64,000 bases of DNA from Nitrospirota bacterium (GCA_021813765.1 JAKAJM010000004.1:4776-68775); one strand, 5' to 3'; shown: positions 31,650 through 40,882, counted from the first letter of the stretch. Numbers and translations: made by a program. Notes: a model not told the origin generated them from the sequence alone.

Positions 31650-32447
31650 ATGAAAATCCATCCCACCGCCGTCGTGCACGACAGGGCTTCAATCGCCAAG
31701 GACGTGCAGATCGGCCCCTACTGCATCATTGGCGAAGGCGCCAGGATCGGCCACGGTGTAAAGCTTTTGAACAACGTAGTCATAGAGGGGGACACGGAGA
31801 TAGGCCATGGCTGCACGATCTACCCTTTTGCCGTTATCGGGCTGCCGCCCCAGGACATGAAATATGCCGGAGAAAAGACCAGCGTAAAGATAGGCAGCGG
31901 CAACGTCATAAGGGAGTACGTAAGCATACACAGGGGGTCGGTCGGCTCGGAGGGGCTCACCGTGCTGGGCGACAACAACTACATAATGGCGTATGCCCAC
32001 ATAGCCCATGACTGCAAAATAGGCAGTAACGTCGTAATGGCAAACTCGGTCACCATGGCCGGGCATGTCCAGGTGGACGACAACGCGATACTTGGCGGCG
32101 TCATCGCCATTCACCAGTTCACCCGCATAGGGGCCTTCTCCATGACCGGCGGGTTCAGCGGCATCGGCCAGGACATCCCCCCCTACACCATCGCATCCGG
32201 CGCAAGGGCAAAGCTCTATGGGCTCAACCTGGTCGGACTTAAGAGGCACGGTTTTTCCAAGGAGACCATAGCCTCGCTTTCCAAGGCATACAAGATCCTC
32301 TTCAGGAGCAAGTATACGCTCAAGGAGGCCATAAAAAAGGTCCAGGAAGACGTGCCGGGATCCCCCGAGATCGAGCGCCTGCTTGATTTCGTTAAGACGT
32401 CAAAGCGCGGAATCTGCCGGCCAACGACCGCAAAGGCCCCCTTTTAG
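31650..32447 (+). CDS. lpxA: Acyl-ACP--UDP-N-acetylglucosamine O-acyltransferase
   Basis: 265 aa with hexapeptide repeats and a LpxA-type C-terminal helical domain. Confidence 0.92.
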   Translation: MKIHPTAVVHDRASIAKDVQIGPYCIIGEGARIGHGVKLLNNVVIEGDTEIGHGCTIYPFAVIGLPPQDMKYAGEKTSVKIGSGNVIREYVSIHRGSVGSEGLTVLGDNNYIMAYAHIAHDCKIGSNVVMANSVTMAGHVQVDDNAILGGVIAIHQFTRIGAFSMTGGFSGIGQDIPPYTIASGARAKLYGLNLVGLKRHGFSKETIASLSKAYKILFRSKYTLKEAIKKVQEDVPGSPEIERLLDFVKTSKRGICRPTTAKAPF

Positions 32448-32453
32448 GCAGGG

Positions 32454-33278
32454 ATGACAAAGACCGTAGGGCTTATAGCAGGCATGGGCAAGCTGCCCCG
32501 CTTGATCGCAAATGACGCCAGGCAGCGGGGCTACAGGGTTGTGGCCGTGGGGCTTGAGCCCGTGGTGGATGACGAAAAGCTTGAGAGTGCGGTTGACGTG
32601 CTGGAGCGGATAAATGTGGGCAAGCTGGACAGGGTTATAAAGACCCTCAAGCAAAACGGCGTGACCGAGGCCGTAATGGCGGGCAAGGTGCCAAAGGAGC
32701 TTCTGTACAAAAGCCGCATCACTCCCGATTTGAGGGCGATAAAACTCCTCTGGACGCTCAAAAACAGAAGCGACGATACCCTGATGCTTGCCATCACCGG
32801 AGAGCTGGAGAAGGACGGCATCAGGCTGCTTGAGACCGCCTCTTTCTGCTCCGGCCTGCTTGCCCCCGAAGGGGACATGACCAAAAGCCGGCCCACCAAG
32901 GCGCAGTGGAAGGACATAGAGTGGGGCTATGCGATGTCCAAGGAAATAGGCAGGCTTGACATCGGGCAGACTGTGGTGGTCAAGGACCAGGCGGTTATGG
33001 CGGTGGAAGCCATAGAGGGCACGGACAAGGCGATAAAAAGGGGCGGGAAGCTGGCAGGAGGGGGGGCCGTGGTGGTGAAGACGGCAAAGCCCGGACAGGA
33101 CCTGCGCTTCGATGTGCCCGCCGTGGGCCTTAGCACCATCCAGGCAATGATAGAGGCGGAGGCCGCGGTGCTGGCTGTTGAAGCCGGGGCAACCCTTCTG
33201 CTTGAAAAGGAAAAGGTCATCGAGCAGGCGGAAAACGCGGGGATAGCCGTCGTGGGCTACCGCCCCGGGAGTAAATAG
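32454..33278 (+). CDS. lpxI: UDP-2,3-diacylglucosamine diphosphatase LpxI (DUF1009)
   Basis: 274 aa. The sequence reads VGLIAGMGKLP..., ...GQTVVVKD.AV.AVEAIEGTD. It lies downstream of lpxA, as in LpxI-type lipid A clusters. Confidence 0.85.
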   Translation: MTKTVGLIAGMGKLPRLIANDARQRGYRVVAVGLEPVVDDEKLESAVDVLERINVGKLDRVIKTLKQNGVTEAVMAGKVPKELLYKSRITPDLRAIKLLWTLKNRSDDTLMLAITGELEKDGIRLLETASFCSGLLAPEGDMTKSRPTKAQWKDIEWGYAMSKEIGRLDIGQTVVVKDQAVMAVEAIEGTDKAIKRGGKLAGGGAVVVKTAKPGQDLRFDVPAVGLSTIQAMIEAEAAVLAVEAGATLLLEKEKVIEQAENAGIAVVGYRPGSK

Positions 33279-33637
33279 GGGTTTATTTTTTCATTTTATT
33301 TTTAAGCGCGCTGCCTGCATGATTTTTGTATTTTTTTAAAAAATCTTTCTGAATCAGGCCGGTATTCATTGGCCCTCCAAGTTTAGCCTCCCAAACTAAT
33401 ATCAAAGATAGTAGAGTATGTCCTAAAGCTCACACGTTTTGGCTTTTTTTCTTGAGCAAAGGTTATTAACACCTTAAAAATATTTGAGACGAGAAAGCAT
33501 CGTCCTCCCATATTTGCTTTTGCCTGCGGCTTGCCTGGATAGGCTGGCATGATACGAAACGCACGGCCAAGCAGAACCTGCGAAGGCATTTGGGCTATGG
33601 ATGGTCCTGTCCTGACGAATTTTTTTCCAGCCCTCGT

Positions 33638-33883
33638 TCAAAAACCCATTTGTCTCAAGGCCACGCAGGCTTTTTCGTATCTCAGGCCGCAGGCCGTTTG
33701 GAAATATGAGGCGGCAAGCCCTTTGTGGCCGTCCGCCAGGTATACCTCAGCCAGGTTTTCAAAAAGCCAGCCGTTATCCGGGTTTAAGTTGATGGCCTTT
33801 TTGAAAAATTCTATCGATTTGTCCATTTTCCGCGTGTCCCGGAATATAAGCCCCAGGTTGGCATACGGTCTGAAATTCGAAGG
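33638..33883 (-). pseudogene. TPR-encoding 3' fragment separated from the upstream GT-C/TPR ORF by an in-frame TAG
   Basis: It is in the same frame as 33884..35419. Translation across the stop reads ...DCDKAIAL*PSNFRPYANLGLIFRDTRKMDKSIEFFKKAINLNPDNGW..., which is a seamless TPR continuation. Confidence 0.7.
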
Positions 33884-35419
33884 CTACAGGGCTATGGCCT
33901 TGTCGCAATCGGCGATGGCCCAGCGGTATTGTTCCGTTTCATAGAAGGCCTCTCCACGGTTAATGTAAGCGGGCGCATAGCTCGGGTCCAATGCTATCGC
34001 CTTATTGTAGTCGGAAATGGCCATTTCCAGCTGCCCCCTGTCTTCAAGGATAAGACCCCGGTCGACATAGGCGAAGGGGACTTTGTCCGGCTCCTTTTGG
34101 ATGACATAATTCCATAAAACGAAGCTGTTTCTCCAGATGCCTATCTGCCTGTAGGTGAGATACGACATAGAGAGTACCGCAAGGAGGGCTGCCGATGCGC
34201 CCGCCGCCCTCAAAAGCCGGGCCCATTTCAGGGCGGCGGTCTTCTTCCAAACCCATGACGCGGCCACTCCGGACAAAAGGGAAGTGCCAAGGCTCGGCAG
34301 GTAGACGTATCTGTCAGCCATCGATTGTGACCCGACCTGAACAAGACCGAGTACTGGCAGAAGCGTAATAATGAAATAGCCCCAGCAGGCCAGCCATACT
34401 TTCTGCCGCCTGGCAGCCAACAGGCAGAAGGCCGTTATCAAGGCAATCAAGCCGATGGGCAGCAAATATTGGTAGGATAGAAAAAAAGCATTTTTGGGGT
34501 ACGGGTAATAGGGGACCAGGCCAATGGGAAAAACAAATTTCCATAGATAAAGGGCAACGGACCGCGCGGCATTCAAAAAGCGTATATGAAAAGGCAAAGA
34601 TTTTAGCGGTAACATGTACCCCGCTTTCTTTTGCGCCAATAGGGCCAGAATTGACGCCCCGCTGCTTAACGCAATGAATGGGAGCTTTTCGGCAAATGCA
34701 ACCCTGAAAGACCTTAAAGAAAAAAACCTGCCCAGGGGGTGCCAGTCAAGGATCAGCAGAACCAGCGGGAGGCTAACCGCCATCGGTTTGCTCATGAGGG
34801 CCAGGGCGAAAAGAAAAAGGGAAATCAGATACCACCTTGAAAAAAAGGGGGATTTTTTCATGTCGGCCGGTCCGCTTCCAAGGAAGGACGCATACCTTGT
34901 ATAGGAAAGGACGCTCAGCATGAAAAAAAACGTGCACAGCACGTCCTTTCTTTCCGATGCCCACGCCACCGACTCCACGTGCAGCGGATGGAGGCCAAAG
35001 AGCAGCCCCGCCGCCGTTGCCGCGATGAGTTTGCTTTTGTCATTCCCAAAAAGAGACCGCTTTTCCCTGTCCTCCCATGCCTCGATGAGCTTTACGGAAA
35101 GGACCACGGCGAGAAAGGCATTGGCCGAGTGGAGGATGATATTTGTCAGGTGGTATCCCACTGGGTTCAACCCCCAGACAGAAAAATCCAGCGCGTAGGA
35201 AACCAAGGTGAGCGGAATCCAGTTGCCTAGTGCGGCACGATGTAAACCTAAGAAGGCCCATTTCAAAAAGGAAGCGTTCAGCGAATGTATGTGCGGATTT
35301 TCATATATACACAAAAAATCGTCCCATCTGACAAAACCGTTTTGGACGGCGCGAAGGTAGACCAGAAAGGTTGCCGTTGCAGTTAGGCCAGCCAATAAAT
35401 ATTCAATCCGTCTTTTCAT
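33884..35419 (-). CDS. PMT/TMTC-like polytopic membrane glycosyltransferase (GT-C) with C-terminal TPR repeats, ended by an in-frame TAG
   Basis: Track ORF trimmed to the ATG at 35419 (MKRRIEYLLAG...). It has many transmembrane segments (...FVRWDD...HLTNIILH...) followed by TPR repeats (AISDYNKAIALDPSYAPAYINRG...). Confidence 0.75.
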   Translation of the reverse strand: MKRRIEYLLAGLTATATFLVYLRAVQNGFVRWDDFLCIYENPHIHSLNASFLKWAFLGLHRAALGNWIPLTLVSYALDFSVWGLNPVGYHLTNIILHSANAFLAVVLSVKLIEAWEDREKRSLFGNDKSKLIAATAAGLLFGLHPLHVESVAWASERKDVLCTFFFMLSVLSYTRYASFLGSGPADMKKSPFFSRWYLISLFLFALALMSKPMAVSLPLVLLILDWHPLGRFFSLRSFRVAFAEKLPFIALSSGASILALLAQKKAGYMLPLKSLPFHIRFLNAARSVALYLWKFVFPIGLVPYYPYPKNAFFLSYQYLLPIGLIALITAFCLLAARRQKVWLACWGYFIITLLPVLGLVQVGSQSMADRYVYLPSLGTSLLSGVAASWVWKKTAALKWARLLRAAGASAALLAVLSMSYLTYRQIGIWRNSFVLWNYVIQKEPDKVPFAYVDRGLILEDRGQLEMAISDYNKAIALDPSYAPAYINRGEAFYETEQYRWAIADCDKAIAL

Positions 35420-35647
35420 AAATAGTTTTACAGACCTTGTCCAGCGACCAGATAATGATACCAAGGATTAAAGAAAATAGGGTGATACTTTTTTAGGGAA
35501 TCCGCACCGATGCCGGTCCCGCAAGCGCGAGGGTTAATAGGAGTGAAACATGCTCAAAAAGGGTATGCTTATGAGATGTATCTGCACCGTCTTTTTTGGG
35601 AGGAGGTTTTCAGGTGTTGATTTCCCTTGATAGTTTCATTCAAGACT

Positions 35648-35819
35648 AGAACCTGTCTCAAAATCGCTTCCGGCTGCAAGAGGCTGAAATCGCGGCATAC
35701 GGCGTCATCAAGGGAAAACCGGTCCTCAATGCAGCGCTGCTGCACCTCCGGGCGGATTTCCCTTTCTTTCTTGTCTGCCACGATTTCCGCTCTCTTTCGC
35801 TTCAAAATCAATTTTGAGA
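35648..35819. repeat. Long copy of the nested-palindrome repeat
   Basis: Left end AGAACCTGTCTCAAAATCGCTTC is identical to 2718-2740. Right end CTCTTTCGCTTCAAAATCAATTTTGAGA matches 2757-2782 except for a 2-nt indel. The internal 18-mer AGAGGCTGAAATCGCGGC (35679-35696) is the exact reverse complement of 2743-2760. Confidence 0.8.
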
Positions 35820-35858
35820 AAAGAGGCGCATGTCAATTGGAATTAAAAAATGTGTCTT

Positions 35859-36512
35859 CTATTGCTTTGCCAATCTCAATGCACGTTCTATGAATTCAGC
35901 CGCGTTTAGAAGGTCCTGTGCAATATGAATGCGTGTTTGTTGGGGGAGTTCCCTTGTTTTTTCATCCTCGCCGGGCTGGTTCGCGAACGGAATGAGGATA
36001 CCGGTCCCTCCCATATTCAGCGCCGCTTTTATGTCGCTTACGCGGTCGCCTATTATAAAGACAGCCGTTTTTCCCGGAATCCCCCCTGCTGATTTGAGCG
36101 CGTCCAATACCATGCCGGGTGCCGGTTTTATGCAGTTGCAGTCACAGACGAACCTCTCATCGAACTGGTATTGTTTATGCCTCTCCACGTATGCCCTGTT
36201 TACGTGCGGGCACAGGATATATCCGTCGATGCGTCCGCCCATTTCTTCTATCTTCTTAATGACATATTTACAGACTTCATGCGCCCTTCCCTCGGTCAAT
36301 AGGGGGAAATCACTTATCGCGACCCCGGACTGGTTGGTAAGCATGTACAATGATGAATCCGGGATATTGTTTATTGCCTTTATGCCCTCGATGACATGAG
36401 GCAGGAACCTGACTCGCGTTTTCCAGTCATTTTCTTTTCCAAGATAAAGATGGTCTTTCGTGTCATTGATCAAAGTGCCGTCTCTGTCAACGCATATGAG
36501 CGTTCGAATCAT
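35859..36512 (-). CDS. HAD-superfamily phosphatase, D,D-heptose-1,7-bisphosphate phosphatase (GmhB)-like
   Basis: Track ORF trimmed to MIRTLICVDRDGTLI... at 36512. It has a DxDGT motif, a Zn-type Cys/His cluster (CPH...CDCNCIKP) and GDRVSD. Confidence 0.75.
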   Translation of the reverse strand: MIRTLICVDRDGTLINDTKDHLYLGKENDWKTRVRFLPHVIEGIKAINNIPDSSLYMLTNQSGVAISDFPLLTEGRAHEVCKYVIKKIEEMGGRIDGYILCPHVNRAYVERHKQYQFDERFVCDCNCIKPAPGMVLDALKSAGGIPGKTAVFIIGDRVSDIKAALNMGGTGILIPFANQPGEDEKTRELPQQTRIHIAQDLLNAAEFIERALRLAKQ

Positions 36513-36679
36513 GTTCAATGTTTTCCCTTCAATAACAGCAACCCTTCCGGCCAGGCTAAGCCGTCCGCTTATGAGGGGCCGGCAGCCACAAGGGATAACG
36601 GAGGGTCTGAAAACAGGCTGCAAAACCGCACTAAGGCATTTTTTGTTTCAAGGTTTATCTGAAGTGTGAAACAGCCTTT

Positions 36680-37285
36680 TTATATTCGGAGTGTACTCTG
36701 GCCAAGGCCTTGTCCAGATCTGACCTGGCTTTTTCCCAGTCCCTTGCGGGATGCGGCCTCCAGTTTCTTTAATTTTAATTTTGCGGTATCGAGCCTTGCC
36801 TGGAGCGCCCTTCCCTCGGCCTCTTCTTTGATCCTGGCCTCGCCTGCTTCCTTTTTTGTTTTTTCCTTCAGCCGGTCTATCTTTGCCTGATAGTTAGATT
36901 CTGTTGCGGAAGCGCTTTTCCAAGGGTTATGCCGTTGTCTTAAGGCTGTCATTCCCCGGGGTGGTAATCGGGAACCGAGGGACTTTTTGTTTTTAAAATC
37001 AAATGCAAAGCCGTTGGATTCCCGCTTAAGACATGCGGGAATGACGAACGGGAGGAATACAGCAAAAGGGAAATGAGAGCTGGATTCCTTTCCGTAACAG
37101 AAACTAGTCATGTATCTGGCACTTTGCCACGGCTCCATATTCGCCTTAGTGGACAGCTTTTCATGCTTTTGGCCGCTTTGGGTGGCTGCCAGTGCAGCAT
37201 GTCCGGCAAGGCCAGCGCCCGCGAACCCCGGGACCGGTAATAGCGAAACGGGCAACAAGATATCAAAAAGGTATCTCTTTTTCAT
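36680..37285 (-). other. Doubtful or decayed ORF (201 aa) interrupted by a hairpin repeat
   Basis: A signal-like N-terminus and a K/E-rich coiled-coil C-terminus are joined through translated repeat sequence (..VIPACLKRESNGF..). The last ~25 residues read more naturally in another frame (DWEKARSDLDKALARVHSEYKKAVSHFR). Confidence 0.3.
36948..37045. repeat. ~100-bp REP/MITE-like unit with two ATTCCC...GGGAA hairpins and 9-bp terminal inverted repeat GTCATTCCC / GGGAATGAC
   Basis: Read directly: GTCATTCCCCGGGGTGGTAATCGGGAAC...GGATTCCCGCTTAAGACATGCGGGAATGAC. Confidence 0.7.
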
Positions 37286-37311
37286 TTTTGCCTCCTCTGA
37301 CTATCATCCTT

Positions 37312-37479
37312 TTAAACAGCGGGCGGCCTGCGGCCGAAAATAAGCGATATCACGAACAGTATCAGGAATAGCACGAACAGTATCTTCGCGATACCGGTTG
37401 CCACGCCTGCTATTCCGGCAAATCCGAGGACTGCGGCTATTATGGCGATTATCAGAAAAACAACAGACCACGAAAGCAC
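37312..37479 (-). CDS. DUF1328 (UPF0391/YtjA-like) small membrane protein, 55 aa, GTG start (absent from the ORF track)
   Basis: GGAGGT lies 5 nt upstream of the GTG. The translation is (M)[54 protein letters not shown], the typical two-transmembrane DUF1328 pattern (LGF.G.AG.A.GIAKILF). Confidence 0.75.
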   Translation of the reverse strand: MLSWSVVFLIIAIIAAVLGFAGIAGVATGIAKILFVLFLILFVISLIFGRRPPAV

Positions 37480-37615
37480 GGCGGACCTCCAAACCTGCGC
37501 TCTTTGATTTGTTCAGGTAAAAGACTTGCCTGGTTTTTTTTGTTTGCCGCTTTATTAAAAAGTATCATCGCTGATGTGATTGTCAAGACTCCAAATGTCC
37601 GCCCGGAAATTCCAT

Positions 37616-38680
37616 CTAATCGCGCAAATGCCACGGGACCCTGATCACAATCACACGTTCGTTTCCTTTCAGGTAGAACAGGGTTTTTAGTCTTGCGCCG
37701 TGCAGGTTGTGCAGCAAATACTCCCACCAATGCGGTTCAGCAAGTTCGGGAATAAGCAACGCAACGATCCGGTCCGGCTTTTCCTGTGCGGTCTTGTTGG
37801 CGAAATCCAGGATCGGCTCATAAATCTTCCGGTAAGTCGAATGAAAGATTTCGAGGCGCGGCGCCTTCCTTTTCCGGGCCTTGGCCGGTTTGTAGACTTT
37901 TTCCGTCCAGAGGTTTTCAAGCCTCGCCTTATCGTCCTTGTCCGTGCTGACATGGACGGCCGTGATATCGTCCGACATCATCAACCTCGAAGCGGACGGC
38001 CTTTTTTGCGATCTTGTTCCAGTCAGCAATCGGAATGATGACGACCGGCGGAAGCAATTTTGTCCGGCGCGGTTTTGGCTGCAAATACAGGGGTTGTTCC
38101 ACACGGCGCGAGATTTCCCTGTAACGCCGATTTATCCAGTGGAGCAGGAGCACGAGCGGCGGCGCTACTACAACAATCGCCAGGTCCCCTGGACAAACTT
38201 AGCCGCAACGATGATCGCGAGAGCGGCAGCGGTGGTAACGGCTCCAGGCCCATTAAAAAACAATTTTATCCCCGAGCGTCTGGCGCCTTCCCTCAGCCAG
38301 TGCCTAACCATCCCTATCTGAGAGAACAAAAAAGCGCTGAAGGCCCCAAACGCAAAAAGCGGGGTCAGCCTGTCCGTCACCCCTCCGAAGATTATGAGAA
38401 GCGCCAGTATAATGATCTCATAAGAAAAAACGAGCTTGCGGCCACGCCCGGCAAAAGAAGAGGGCAGGAAATTGTCCTCTGCCGGCAGCCGGCACACACG
38501 CGGAAAATCGGTGAAACTGGTCCGTGCCGAGTAGGTAAGGACGATAAAATGCTTGCCAGGGAGACGTAATGAAATATTCCGTGCCCGGCAACCGCCGCGA
38601 CGAGTTGCGAGAGTATGGTTTGATAACCAGGCTTTTGCTCGATGAGAGTGAAAAAAAGATTTAATGGCTTGCAAGATCCG
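37616..38680 (-). pseudogene. Truncated, multiply frameshifted APC-superfamily permease remnant with its cytoplasmic C-terminal domain
   Basis: Homologous segments are spread over four track ORFs in different frames. They read ..QTILSQLVAAVAGHGIFHYVSLASIL.. / ..SARTSFTDFPRVCRLPAEDNFLPSSFAGRGRKLVFSYEIIILALLIIFGG...FSQIGMVRHW.. / ..LLLHWINRRYREISRRV...VIIPIADWNKIAKKAV.. / ..LIPELAEPHWWEYLLHNLHGARLK... The N-terminal transmembrane half is missing. Confidence 0.7.
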
Positions 38681-38775
38681 TTTTTCGCTATAGAATCAGG
38701 ATAAAGAAGGGTTTTATCCGCAGTCCAGGCATCTTCCGGTAACCCCAAAAGAAAGGCAGCAGGCAACCAGTAAAA

Positions 38776-39900
38776 ATGCCGTCAACCCGCCAAATTCTCT
38801 TCCAGCGGAAGAAGCTCATAAGCGCACTCCTCGTTGTGCTTGCACTGGTTGTCTTCAGGGCCTTTTTGCCCTCCATTGTTCTGCATGAGGTCAATAGAAA
38901 ACTTGAAAGTCTGCCCCATTATACCGGGCACGTGCAAGGGGTCGGGATGAGCATCTGGCGAGGGGCATACCAGCTAAAGGGGATCAGGATAAACAAGAGG
39001 ACCGGCACGGTGCCGGTGCCATTTTTTAGCGCCAGGATGATGGATTTGTCGATCGAATGGCGCACGCTCATTCACGGCACTGTTACGGGCGTGGTGACCG
39101 TCTATGACCCAGTGCTGAATTTCGTTAAGGGCCGGACCGCAAAGACTTCGCAGACCGGGATCACACCAAAATGGGCTGCTACTCTGGATAAACTCTCGCC
39201 GGCACTCATAAACAGCTTCAAAATTGTAAACTGCGCTGTCCATTTCCGGCAGTTTTATACAAAACCAAAAATAGACATCTACCTGGATCATGTGTACGCT
39301 GTTGCCAGGGACATATCCACGAGGCGCGGGCTTGCAGGAAAGACTCCGGCAACCATTTACGCATACAATAAACCCGCGCCCGGCCAGCCAGGGTTTGCCT
39401 TCAGCATGGTCATGGACCCCTTCGCCGCGAGGCCAACTTTCAACCTTAAAGCGCAACTGGTCAAACTGCATGTTGTGAATCTCAAAGATTTTCTAAGTGC
39501 ATATGCCAAACTTGACGCGCAGGGAGGATTGTTTAGTCTTTATATGGAGGTCAACTCCAAAAACGGTATTTATGAAGGGAAAGTCAAACCGATATTCGAC
39601 GATCTGAAGGTGGTTAAATGGAAAAACATAACGAAAAACCCGCTCAAATTCTTCTGGGAGGCAATAGCCAGCAGCTTCATTGAACTTTTTGAAAGAGGAC
39701 CTGAAAACAGAATGGCCACAATCATTCCCATGAAAGGGGAGTTCAAGAAAAAAACCAAAGTGGACTACTGGACCGCCATAGGCAATCTGTTTAGAAACGC
39801 ATTTGCACGAACAATACTTCCGGGATTTGCGGAGTTGAAACCGGCCGTGCCCGGAGTAAAAAGGAAAGGCGGCAGGATAGAAAAGAATCCTGCCAGCTAG
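38776..39900 (+). CDS. DUF748 domain-containing membrane-anchored protein
   Basis: 374 aa with an N-terminal transmembrane anchor and a DUF748-like pattern (...VGMSIWRGAYQLKGIRI...; ...DFLSAYAKLDAQGGLFSLYMEV...KGKVKPIFDDLKV). Confidence 0.7.
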   Translation: MPSTRQILFQRKKLISALLVVLALVVFRAFLPSIVLHEVNRKLESLPHYTGHVQGVGMSIWRGAYQLKGIRINKRTGTVPVPFFSARMMDLSIEWRTLIHGTVTGVVTVYDPVLNFVKGRTAKTSQTGITPKWAATLDKLSPALINSFKIVNCAVHFRQFYTKPKIDIYLDHVYAVARDISTRRGLAGKTPATIYAYNKPAPGQPGFAFSMVMDPFAARPTFNLKAQLVKLHVVNLKDFLSAYAKLDAQGGLFSLYMEVNSKNGIYEGKVKPIFDDLKVVKWKNITKNPLKFFWEAIASSFIELFERGPENRMATIIPMKGEFKKKTKVDYWTAIGNLFRNAFARTILPGFAELKPAVPGVKRKGGRIEKNPAS

Positions 39901-40207
39901 TACGCGCTGTCTTTTCTTTCAAAGGTAAATGTACGCGTAAAAATCCGATATAAAAGCCACAGGGAAGGGACAAGTATGGCCGCACCCGGGAGGAAGGTAA
40001 TCATCATCGCGCGAAGAGTGGCCGAGGGGGGCCTTTGTGAAAGTCAGCTGCCCCATCAAGCATTAAGGATGCGTGGCTGCGGCAAAACCGGTAAGCGTGA
40101 AAGCTATAGTAACATCGGCACAGACCTGTGCCCATAGATACAACGTTTTCCAAAAACAATGCAGGTAATTATCCCGGATGCCATGGGCCAGACCTGCGAT
40201 CAAGCTT

Positions 40208-40882
40208 TTATTTGGCTGAACAAGGACTCTTTTTGAAGGAGTTGGCCACGGTCTTTCCTACTGCAGCCCCGATGATAGCTCCCGCAATGACATCTGAAAG
40301 CCAATGGGCTGTTATTGAAACGCCTATGCCTACGAAAAGGGCGTAGGAAAAAGCAAAATACCTGGCCGCCTTGCTGTCCGGATATAGAATCCATATGGCT
40401 GTCGCAATGGAAAATGCCACGGTGGTATGAGAGGACGGCCAACCGGGAAATATTCCCTTTGCCTTCATGAATCCGAAACGGAATTTTCTGCTGTCATCAA
40501 CCGAAATCAGTTCTGAATTTGGGCTGGGCCTTCCGGTGAACGTTTTATAAAAATAGCTTACGAAAAGACCGATTATTGCTGCCTGCGCTGTTAAAAAAGC
40601 GCCGCAGATCGAGGCGAGGTTTTTTTTGATGGAACCTATTGCATACAAAACGGCAGGTAGTGCCATCGGGACAAGCCAGCCCAGGATGACAGCCGAGACG
40701 AAAAATGTTGGAAACGGCCTCGTTGCTTTAAAATAAACCCAGTCAAAGTCAGAAAGGACAATGAGCAGAGTGATGCCGGCGGCAAGGATATGCCTTAGAA
40801 CGTTTCGGCCCCAAAAGGACCTCAAGATATTCCGTAGCAGCGTGTAAAAGAAATATCGAATCAAAAAAGAGGTGGCCTCCAT
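40208..40882 (-). CDS. PAP2-family (type 2 phosphatidic acid / undecaprenyl-PP phosphatase-like) membrane protein
   Basis: 224 aa and polytopic. Motifs PSSHT and SITAHWLSDV match acid phosphatase motifs C2/C3. Confidence 0.8.
   Translation of the reverse strand: MEATSFLIRYFFYTLLRNILRSFWGRNVLRHILAAGITLLIVLSDFDWVYFKATRPFPTFFVSAVILGWLVPMALPAVLYAIGSIKKNLASICGAFLTAQAAIIGLFVSYFYKTFTGRPSPNSELISVDDSRKFRFGFMKAKGIFPGWPSSHTTVAFSIATAIWILYPDSKAARYFAFSYALFVGIGVSITAHWLSDVIAGAIIGAAVGKTVANSFKKSPCSAK

Noticed and set aside
33884-33886. The in-frame TAG as pyrrolysine or programmed recoding.
   Set aside because: No pyl genes or recoding signals are visible in the window. A nonsense mutation or sequencing error is far more parsimonious. 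It is kept as a finding only in the sense of a disrupted gene.
36680-37285. The 201-aa ORF as a genuine lipoprotein or coiled-coil protein.
   Set aside because: Its middle is translated hairpin-repeat DNA and its C-terminal end reads better in another frame. It is treated as decayed or spurious, with low confidence.
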